Shown in pieces: positions 52,715 through 60,188 of a stretch of DNA of 64,000 nt. Made by a program: the position numbers and the translations under genes. The notes below the pieces were generated by a model. That model had not been told where the DNA came from and searched no databases. It worked only from the letters and a program-made list of their open reading frames with translations. The DNA is from Clostridia bacterium (GTDB lineage Bacteria; Bacillota; Clostridia; Oscillospirales; CAG-272). Location: the NCBI GenBank assembly GCA_017387685.1, contig JAFOEU010000024.1, positions 29,800 to 93,799 of the forward strand, written 5' to 3'. Each line of letters begins with the position of its first letter. The stretch's first letter is position 1.

Positions 52715-53053
52715 AACCCGAAGTTGCGCGGGCTTCTTCCACCGCTTCCGCGGTCCCCCTCCCTCCCGGAGAGAGGCTAAGGAGCATCTGCAGACTCCTA
52801 TGGATATTCAGACGAATATTATTCAGATATATAGTTTTGTATAGCAAATAGGAATATTTTTATTAAAATAATTATGCACTCGTAATGGCGCACTATCTTT
52901 TAATAAAGTATTCCTCTATTGACCTAAACAAAATTAAAGATGATAACAAAGTACGGTGCAGAAAAGAACGAGTTTGCACTAACCCAGCCTCCCTCCGGGA
53001 GGGAGGGAGGGGGACCACGGAAGTGGTGGAAGGAGCCCGCGCAACTTCGGATT
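52715..53053. repeat. Long GC-rich inverted repeat (about 64/68 bp arms) flanking a ~205-bp AT-rich core
   Basis: The left arm is CCGAAGTTGCGCGGGCTTCTTCCACCGCTTCCGCGGTCCCCCTCCCTCCCGGAGAGAGGCT. The reverse complement of the right arm is CCGAAGTTGCGCGGGCTCCTTCCACCACTTCCGTGGTCCCCCTCCCTCCCTCCCGGAGGGAGGCT. Confidence 0.85.
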
Positions 53054-53090
53054 TTTTGCAATTTGTATCCAGTGATATATCAGATAATCA

Positions 53091-53378
53091 TTATGCCTTC
53101 TTCCGTAAAACCCAAGAGCCGTCACGTTTTTCCGCGCATTCACCGCGCTTCAAATCAGCAAATTTTGCGGCTGATTTATCGATTTCAAGCATCTCCGCCA
53201 ATGAAACTATTCTTGCTTCATCCTCGGTATGATTTTTGCCGCACAGAAATTGCCAACATCCGTCTTCGTCGTGGGAAATATACGCTATCGGCTCGTTGTC
53301 ATTCAAGATATGGCAACATGTGAAGCACATTGTATTCGGTGCGTCGGGGAACGGGAACTTCCTTTTAAACAGCTTCAT
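53091..53378 (-). CDS. Small DUF2185-like protein
   Basis: 95 aa. It has the pattern C..CCHIL......I.YISHDEDGCWQFLCG, resembling DUF2185. Its stop abuts the SDR gene unit. Confidence 0.45.
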   Translation of the reverse strand: MKLFKRKFPFPDAPNTMCFTCCHILNDNEPIAYISHDEDGCWQFLCGKNHTEDEARIVSLAEMLEIDKSAAKFADLKRGECAEKRDGSWVLRKKA

Positions 53379-53379
53379 A

Positions 53380-54153
53380 TCACTTAATTATCGGATAAAG
53401 CTGAACCGTATTTCCTCCGTCGACTACGAGCTCCGCGCCTGTGGTGTTGCGGGCGTGCTCGGCGAAGTACCAGACGGCATCGGCGATGTCTGCACCGTCG
53501 GCAACGTCGCCGATGGGGGTGAAGCGCGAGGGGACGTCGCGGTAGAAATCGGGATTTTTCTCCCAACGGTCGGTTCTGATCATGCCGGGGAGGACGGCGT
53601 TGACACGGATATTATACTTTCCGAGGTCAATCGCAAGCGCGCGCATCAGTCCGAGCTGACCGCCCTTTGATGCGACGTAGGCAACGCGGTCGGGGATGGC
53701 GCGGTAGGCGGTATTTGAGTTAATAAACACGATATTTCCGCCGCCCGCATCCCGCATTATTGCCGCCGCGTGCTCACAAAGGCTGTAATTCCAGACGACG
53801 TTGGTGTTGATGACCTTCATTATATCGGTGATGGGACTTTCAAATATCTTCTGACCGAGTCCCTGATCTGCGGCGTTGAGCACAAGAGTTTCGATGAAGA
53901 TGCCCTTTTCGAAAAGGAATTTGAACATTTCCTCAACTCCGCGCTCGTTGACGGTGCGCTCGTCGATGAGCGAGTCGATCGCGTAGCCAATGATATTTAC
54001 ATTCGGGAATTTTGCGCGATAGCACTTCTCTGCCTCGGCAACCTTTTCGGGATCTCTGCCCGTAAAAACGACGTTTTTGCCCTCGGAGGCGAATTTTTCA
54101 ACTATTGCGACGCCCGTGTTGATCGTCGCGCCGGTGATAAGTACACTTCTCAT
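53380..54153 (-). CDS. SDR family oxidoreductase
   Basis: TGATINTGVA (TGxxxGxG), NAA and YVASKGG (YxxxK) motifs. Confidence 0.88.
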   Translation of the reverse strand: MRSVLITGATINTGVAIVEKFASEGKNVVFTGRDPEKVAEAEKCYRAKFPNVNIIGYAIDSLIDERTVNERGVEEMFKFLFEKGIFIETLVLNAADQGLGQKIFESPITDIMKVINTNVVWNYSLCEHAAAIMRDAGGGNIVFINSNTAYRAIPDRVAYVASKGGQLGLMRALAIDLGKYNIRVNAVLPGMIRTDRWEKNPDFYRDVPSRFTPIGDVADGADIADAVWYFAEHARNTTGAELVVDGGNTVQLYPIIK

Positions 54154-54163
54154 AGTCCACCTC

Positions 54164-55324
54164 TTAAAAATAAAATGCGGTCTCGGGCGGACGGATGTCG
54201 GTCAGCGCGCCCGTGTAGTGGCGGAGAGTGTGGGGCTGATATGGATGCTTTAGGCATTCTTCCTCGTTGATCTCAATTCCGAGACCGGGCTTATCGGGGA
54301 TAGTGATGTATCCGTCGGCATATTCGAGCGATTCGTTTGTAACGTCAGCTCTCCAAGTAACGTCGCTATACATAATTTCAAGGATAGAGAAATTGGGACA
54401 GCAAGCCGCGAGCTGGAGGGTTGCGGCGTTTGCAACGGGACCCGAGGGGTTATGCGGTGCGAAGGGGATATAATAGGTCTCCGCCATCGCCGCGATCTTT
54501 TTGAGCTCCATAATTCCGCCCGCGTGGCTGACGTCGGGCTGAATATAGTCTGCGGCGCGCATTTCAAAGAGATCCTTGAAATCCTTGAGGCAGTAAAGCC
54601 GCTCACCCGCGGAAATTGCAACGGGGGATTTATCGCGAACCGCCTTGAGCGCTTCAAGGTTATCGGGCGGCGTGGGTTCTTCGAAGAACATCGGCTTGAA
54701 TTCCTCGATCAGCTTTGCGATCTTGATGCCCGTGGGCACGTTGAAGCGTCCGTGACCCTCAATAAGAAGGTCGACCGAGTCGCCAACCGCCTCGCGGACT
54801 GCCGCGATATTGCGCAGAGCTGTGTCGAGATCCTTGTTGGAAATTTCAAGATAGCTCTTGCCGAAGGGATCCCACTTCATTGCCGTCACGCCGCGTTTAA
54901 CTGCGATCTTTGCCTTTTCGGCAAATTCCTCGGGCGTTTTTGCGCCCGCGAACCAACCGTTGACATAGATACGGCACTTTTCGTTGACCTTGCCGCCGAG
55001 AAGCTGATAAACGGGAACGCCGAGCGACTTGCCGAGGATATCCCACAGTGCCATCTCGACAGCCGAAAGTGCGCTCATCAGCACGGGTCCGCCGCGCCAA
55101 TATGCATCGCGGTAGATATCGTGGAAGTGCTTCTCGATCGTGCGCGGATCTTTGCCGACGAGGTATTCCTTGATATGCTCGACCGCGCCGATAAGCGCCT
55201 TTTCCTTATATTCAAGCGTCGCCTCGCCCACGCCGTCGATACCCTCGTCGGTATAGACCTTGACGAACATCCAATTCGTGCGGAAGCAATCGACCGCAAA
55301 AGTTTTAACGTCAATAACCTTCAT
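54164..55324 (-). CDS. Enolase-superfamily dehydratase (mandelate racemase/muconate lactonizing family, galactonate-dehydratase-like)
   Basis: The N-terminal capping domain (WMFVKVYTDEGIDGVGEA) resembles DgoD. Metal-ligand regions are DLLIEGHG, FFEEP, QPDVSHAGG and APHNP. Confidence 0.85.
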   Translation of the reverse strand: MKVIDVKTFAVDCFRTNWMFVKVYTDEGIDGVGEATLEYKEKALIGAVEHIKEYLVGKDPRTIEKHFHDIYRDAYWRGGPVLMSALSAVEMALWDILGKSLGVPVYQLLGGKVNEKCRIYVNGWFAGAKTPEEFAEKAKIAVKRGVTAMKWDPFGKSYLEISNKDLDTALRNIAAVREAVGDSVDLLIEGHGRFNVPTGIKIAKLIEEFKPMFFEEPTPPDNLEALKAVRDKSPVAISAGERLYCLKDFKDLFEMRAADYIQPDVSHAGGIMELKKIAAMAETYYIPFAPHNPSGPVANAATLQLAACCPNFSILEIMYSDVTWRADVTNESLEYADGYITIPDKPGLGIEINEEECLKHPYQPHTLRHYTGALTDIRPPETAFYF

Positions 55325-55326
55325 TT

Positions 55327-56019
55327 TTATACCTCTATCTCTTCCCAGATGGTGGGAATTACTTTATTTTTGCAGGGGAAATCCTTCGGGTCAAGCGAAT
55401 CGAACATTCCAAAATGGAGCGGAACGACCGTCATTGCGCGCGTTTTCTTGGCAAATCGCGCGGCATCCGTCATATTCATATTGTTGCCGACGCCGTTGAT
55501 GGGCAAGAAAAGCACGTCGATATTGCGCCCCGTGTCGGGGAGGCTATCGAAGATTCTGCTGTTATAGAGCGTATCGCCCGTGACGTAATAGACCTTATTT
55601 TCGACGGTGTCCTCGATGACAACGCCGATCGCGTAGGGGTCGCTGTGTGCGGCGCGGACGGCGGTGAAGATAAATCCCTCAAGCGTAACGCTCGTGAATT
55701 TATCAAAAAGGATATAATTCTGACCGCAAAGGTCGCCCATAGCCTTCGCGCGGACGGAGGTGGGGCCGAGGACGGACATCGTTTTTTTCGATTTCTTGAA
55801 GAAAACGGGCGCGGTTTCGGGATCGTAGTGGTCGATATGGTCGTGGGTGAAGATCATAATATCGGGGTCGATATCAAAAAACTTTTCGTTGACGGGCGAG
55901 CGGCGGTAGTTCGCGGGCTGAACTTTTTCTACGTAATTGGACATATACGGGTCGATTATTATCGAAACGCCGCCGCGTTCGAAGAGGAGGCCTGCTTGTC
56001 CGAGCCAAGTTATTTTCAT
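55327..56019 (-). CDS. MBL-fold metallo-hydrolase
   Basis: KITWLGQAGLLFE and the HDHIDH (HxHxDH) motif. Confidence 0.8.
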   Translation of the reverse strand: MKITWLGQAGLLFERGGVSIIIDPYMSNYVEKVQPANYRRSPVNEKFFDIDPDIMIFTHDHIDHYDPETAPVFFKKSKKTMSVLGPTSVRAKAMGDLCGQNYILFDKFTSVTLEGFIFTAVRAAHSDPYAIGVVIEDTVENKVYYVTGDTLYNSRIFDSLPDTGRNIDVLFLPINGVGNNMNMTDAARFAKKTRAMTVVPLHFGMFDSLDPKDFPCKNKVIPTIWEEIEV

Positions 56020-56044
56020 ATTATTTGTACTCCTGTTTTTTGTA

Positions 56045-56197
56045 TCAAGTTGCTAGTTACTAGTTGCTAGTTACTAGTTAATGGTGAATTTTCTCACTGC
56101 GTTCGAAAATTTTCCATTTCAATTAAATTGAAAATTTTCGCTTGCGAAAATTCTCCTTCAACTAGCAACTAGCGTCTAGCAACTAGCAACTAGCAAC
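56045..56197. repeat. Composite palindromic element (compact copy without the CTCGGATAT terminator module)
   Basis: (TTRCTAG)x4-TTAATGG-TGAATTTTCTCAC..TTCGAAAATTTT on the left. The centre is TTTCAATT/AATTGAAA. The right arm is AAATTTTCGC/ttg/CGAAAATT-CTCCTTC-(AACTAGC)x5-6 and ends 8 nt before the GH gene stop. Confidence 0.85.
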
Positions 56198-56204
56198 TAA
56201 ATTC

Positions 56205-57629
56205 TTACTTCATCAAAATCGCAATCGGCGAGTCGAGGAGGGGGATATTTTTCAGTCTTACGATATCCTCGCCTGCATCCTCGATCATATCCTCGCGAAG
56301 GGTGTAGAGGGTACCGTCGCGGAGGTCGCAGAGGCGGATGTCCTCGGGGCGCTGTCCGCAGATGGCGAAGGAAATCGTGCCCTCGTAGGTGGTGGTCAGG
56401 ACGGGTGTTGCGTTCCAATAAACGAGCGCGTGGCTACCGTCATCGAGCTCGAAGCCGTAGATCTTTGCCTGCTCGTCCTCCTCGGTCGCATTGATGCGGC
56501 GCGAGGGATTATATGCGCGGTAATAGGGGATATTCGCGCGCTTGACGTTGCCGCGGAAGAGGGTGGCAAGGGTCTGAAGCGCGTAGTAAGAGGGCTTGGG
56601 AGTATACTCGCCCGTTGCGATGCCGTCCCCGTCAAAATCAGCACCCAGAACTCCGAAATATCCGTAATCGAGATAGCTCGATTTGTCGCCGACAACACCG
56701 TGAAGCGCCTCGATCATATCCATAGTTGAAAAATAGGAGGTAAACTCAACGCCGCACCAAAGATCGGTGACGAGCGTGCGGAGCAGTATCTTCATCTGCT
56801 TTGCGGGCGTCCAGGCAAATCCCTTGACCGCGCCGTTGCCGTCGCTTCTCGACTGTGCGCCGCCCTCGCCCTGAATGAGTCCGATATTAGGATTATACAT
56901 ATCGACGAGCGAACGGAGAGCGCGGATGACGTCCTCTCTCTGCCAATCGGCGGCAGAATAGAGGTGGAATGATATATAATCGATATAATCGCCGAGTCCT
57001 GCGCGGAGGGCGGTGTTTACGAAATAGGGCGCGCGAGTATGAGCGAGGGCAAATCCGACGACCTTGGCATCGGGATCAACAGCCTTAATAGCTTTTGACG
57101 TGTCGATGGCGAACTGCGCGTACTCGCGGGCGTTCTGCGTCATATCGTAGTCGGCTTTTGTTTCCTCAAAATAATGCTTCCAGCCGAGCTCGGGCTCGTT
57201 CCAGATCTCCCAAAGCTTGATTCTGCCCTTGAAATGCTTTGTGATCGCTGTGACGTAGTTCACCCAACCGCGGCGCGCATCCTCTCCCATCGGCGGGCAC
57301 TTGACCGCGCCGAAGATCCTGCCCGCGAAATCGGTGTAGAGCGGATTGCCATAGCAAAGGCAGATCCAGGGCTCCATGCCGCGCGTGAGGAGGTTATCAA
57401 CGATCTTATCGAGCCAAGCGAAGTCGTAAACTCCGCGCTCGCGCTCGGTTTTGAGCCAGCCCGACTGAATTCGCACCTTCTTGACGCCGAGCGCGGCAAC
57501 CTTGTCGTATGCCTTTTCGGGATCGAAAACGTCGCGGTCGAGCTTTTCAAAGCCGATGCCTATTTTTGAATATTCAATTTCATTCGACGAAAGGTGCTCG
57601 AGGGCACCGATCTTTTTAAGTCTTTCCAT
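56205..57629 (-). CDS. Glycoside hydrolase (clan GH-A TIM barrel, GH39/GH5-like)
   Basis: 474 aa with no signal peptide. The motifs EIWNEPE (acid/base) and IQGEGG (candidate nucleophile) and a GGAGGA RBS are present. Confidence 0.6.
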   Translation of the reverse strand: MERLKKIGALEHLSSNEIEYSKIGIGFEKLDRDVFDPEKAYDKVAALGVKKVRIQSGWLKTERERGVYDFAWLDKIVDNLLTRGMEPWICLCYGNPLYTDFAGRIFGAVKCPPMGEDARRGWVNYVTAITKHFKGRIKLWEIWNEPELGWKHYFEETKADYDMTQNAREYAQFAIDTSKAIKAVDPDAKVVGFALAHTRAPYFVNTALRAGLGDYIDYISFHLYSAADWQREDVIRALRSLVDMYNPNIGLIQGEGGAQSRSDGNGAVKGFAWTPAKQMKILLRTLVTDLWCGVEFTSYFSTMDMIEALHGVVGDKSSYLDYGYFGVLGADFDGDGIATGEYTPKPSYYALQTLATLFRGNVKRANIPYYRAYNPSRRINATEEDEQAKIYGFELDDGSHALVYWNATPVLTTTYEGTISFAICGQRPEDIRLCDLRDGTLYTLREDMIEDAGEDIVRLKNIPLLDSPIAILMK

Positions 57630-57784
57630 AATATCCTCCGAAATTTTAAAAATACTGTTTACTTTTTTACCGTTATCTGATATAATATAAATTAATGTAT
57701 TTTAATTATATCACGATATATCGGCTTTGAAAAGGCAAAATATACTCTTATTTTATCACAATCTTACGGTATAGGAGAAATTAT

Positions 57785-58603
57785 ATGCTTACTCCCGAAA
57801 AAGATATAAGCTGTGGAGTTTTCGACAGCTCGCTACTGCGAAAAAAACAAACGAAAAGCAACCCGCGTACGGTTATCTCTTACGAGCTCGAAATATTTCT
57901 CGAGGACGGCGGGGTCAGCTATATGAATGATGAACAACGCGAAGTGCGCCGCGGGATGCTTCTCTGCGCCAAGCCGGGTGCCGTTCGACGGAGCGACTTC
58001 CCCGTCAAGTGCGGATATATAAGGATAACAAACGAATGCGCACGGCGCGAGGGGCTTGAAGGGCTTTTGTCCTCCCTTCCATCCTATACTTATATAGAAG
58101 ACCGCGCCGAGGCAGACGAGGTGATCGCGCTTTTCTCAAAGCTCGAGCGGCGGCTTTTTTCAAAAAGCGAGGATAGCCTCACCGCCCTGCGTGCGAGCGC
58201 GCTTTTTCTTGACATTCTCTACCGTTTACATAAAATATGTGACAAAGAATACGATTCAAAAAATTCAGAGCCCATCGGCGATCCGCTTCACGCGGCGCGC
58301 GAATTTATCCTTGAGCATTTTTCGGAAAGCTGCTCGCTTGACCGCATAGCGCACGAGGTAAATCTTTCGCCCAACTATCTGCACACCGCCTTCAAGGAAG
58401 CCTTCGGCGAAACTCCATACGCTTACGTCACCCGCAAGCGAATAGAAAAAGCCAAAAGACTCATCGCGGCGGGGCGCGAGTCGATGCTGACCATCGCGCT
58501 TGAAACCGGCTTCTGCTCACAATCGCACTTCAACAAGGTCTTCAAGGCGCACACAGGCATGACTCCGAAGGAGTACCGCAACAGTATCGTTGATATATAC
58601 TGA
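57785..58603 (+). CDS. AraC family transcriptional regulator
   Basis: The C-terminal double HTH (LDRIAHEVNLSPNYLHTAFKEAFGETPYAYVTRKRIEKAKRLI....IALETGFCSQSHFNKVFKAHTGMTPKEYR) is typical. Confidence 0.88.
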   Translation: MLTPEKDISCGVFDSSLLRKKQTKSNPRTVISYELEIFLEDGGVSYMNDEQREVRRGMLLCAKPGAVRRSDFPVKCGYIRITNECARREGLEGLLSSLPSYTYIEDRAEADEVIALFSKLERRLFSKSEDSLTALRASALFLDILYRLHKICDKEYDSKNSEPIGDPLHAAREFILEHFSESCSLDRIAHEVNLSPNYLHTAFKEAFGETPYAYVTRKRIEKAKRLIAAGRESMLTIALETGFCSQSHFNKVFKAHTGMTPKEYRNSIVDIY

Positions 58604-58636
58604 AAGTTCGATCGCCGTTTTCGCAAAATAATAATT

Positions 58637-58664
58637 GGGGCAGATCCAAGCTTGGATCTGCCCC
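58637..58664. terminator. Bidirectional terminator (perfect 14-bp palindrome)
   Basis: GGGGCAGATCCAAG/CTTGGATCTGCCCC flanked by AT-rich tracts, between convergent genes. Confidence 0.7.
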
Positions 58665-58672
58665 ATATTTAA

Positions 58673-60172
58673 TTATTTAAGATTATCAAATCCTGCGTTA
58701 ATGTCTGTAATTTTTCTGTTGAGATTTTTCTCAAACGCCTTCTGCTGAGAAATGTAAGAGCCTGCGGTATTACCGTTGACTGCGTTACGGAAGATGCTGT
58801 AGGACATCTTATCGAGCTGAGTGGTGAAAAGTCTTGCGATATCGATCTCAACACCGTCGCGGATGAGGTCGAACATGAAGGAGTCATCACTCTGATCTGC
58901 GTATCTCATCTTCATAGACTCCTCGAAGAGTGCGGGAGTTACGTTGAGATAGCTCTGATATGCCATAAGCTCGATAGTTGCAGCTGCAGCCTCGGGATTG
59001 TTTGCAGCTGTCGAAAGCATATACATGGTGTAGCCAAAGCCGAGGCAAGTGCGGTAATGATCCTGATCCTTATCGTACTTCGGAATGGGAAGGATACCGA
59101 AGTTGAAGTCGATATCGGTAAGGCTTCTGGTGATGATGTAAGGACGGTCAACGATGAGGAGGGCGTTGCCCGCTGCAAAGATGGGCTCGCTCTTCTTGAT
59201 ATAAGCGTTGCCGGAAACGTGAAGGAGGTTGCAAAGCTTTTCGAGCAAGTCAACTGTCTTCTGAGAGAAGAGGTCGGGGGACAGAACGAGGTCACCGTCG
59301 GAATTTACGTCAACGGTGGTAAGACCCGAGCCTGCATAGAAGGGGTCGAAATGCACGTTGGTAACAACTGCACCGTAGCGGTCGCCCTCGGAAGCGACAT
59401 TATCGCCATCCTGCTCGAGATATACGCTGTCAGTAAACTCAATGAACTTATCGAGAGTCCACTCACCGTTATATGCGAGCTCGTAGAGTGCATCCGCGCC
59501 AATATTGTGAATATTGGTAAGCATATCCTTGTTAAACATAACGAGGTACATCATATGGATGAAGTTTGTGGAAATATCACCCGATGCAAAATAAATACCG
59601 TCGCGGATGGTAGCCTTGGAAATAAGGCTCTTGGGCCACCAGGGCTTGTCAAATTCCATAATTTCATAATCAGTAAGATTCTGAGTTACGCCGCGAGTCA
59701 TAAGGGTTGCACCCGTCATAGAGTAGCCGCAGAAGAGATCGTGCGCATCCGCGCCCGCCTGAGTGCTGTTAACGCATACGTTGACGAATGAGCCCATATC
59801 GGAGTTATCGCCGGGAGTTCCGGTGAACTCAAGCTCAACGCCGAACTGCTCCTGAATCTTTGCGTTTCTTCTGTAGATCGCATCATTAACGGCTTCACCC
59901 GTCTGTGCATCAGCGAAGAACTCGAGGTTCGGAACGTCGTCCCAATAGAGGATCTTGACAGTAGTGCCGTCAAATCTGAGATCCTCGGGAATGTCGCTCT
60001 TTGCGAAAAGGGTTTCCTCTGCGGTAGTTTCCGCCGCGCCGCTGTCGGGAGCTTCGGTTGCCGCAGGCGCTGTTGTCTCGCCCGTCGAGCCGGTTTCGGC
60101 GCAGGAAAGAACCATAGGAAGCGTCATCGCGAGAATAAGGATCGCGACGATGATGCGGGAAATGTTTTTCAT
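58673..60172 (-). CDS. Extracellular solute-binding lipoprotein (LplA-like SBP family), paralog 6
   Basis: Lipobox MVLSC. Motifs include FDKPWWPKSL, FASGDISTN and GILPIPKYDKDQDHY. ATG 60172 is preferred over GTG 60175. Confidence 0.7.
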   Translation of the reverse strand: MKNISRIIVAILILAMTLPMVLSCAETGSTGETTAPAATEAPDSGAAETTAEETLFAKSDIPEDLRFDGTTVKILYWDDVPNLEFFADAQTGEAVNDAIYRRNAKIQEQFGVELEFTGTPGDNSDMGSFVNVCVNSTQAGADAHDLFCGYSMTGATLMTRGVTQNLTDYEIMEFDKPWWPKSLISKATIRDGIYFASGDISTNFIHMMYLVMFNKDMLTNIHNIGADALYELAYNGEWTLDKFIEFTDSVYLEQDGDNVASEGDRYGAVVTNVHFDPFYAGSGLTTVDVNSDGDLVLSPDLFSQKTVDLLEKLCNLLHVSGNAYIKKSEPIFAAGNALLIVDRPYIITRSLTDIDFNFGILPIPKYDKDQDHYRTCLGFGYTMYMLSTAANNPEAAAATIELMAYQSYLNVTPALFEESMKMRYADQSDDSFMFDLIRDGVEIDIARLFTTQLDKMSYSIFRNAVNGNTAGSYISQQKAFEKNLNRKITDINAGFDNLK

Positions 60173-60188
60173 CACATTTTTCTCCTTT

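Noticed and set aside
52885-53323. ORFs of 115-127 aa (and 52614-52847 on both strands) inside and next to the long inverted-repeat element
   Set aside because: They are read through the GC-rich repeat arms (peptides such as ..REGGRGTTEVVEGARATS..), which occur in both orientations. They have no RBS, and part of them overlaps the better-supported DUF2185-like gene on the other strand.
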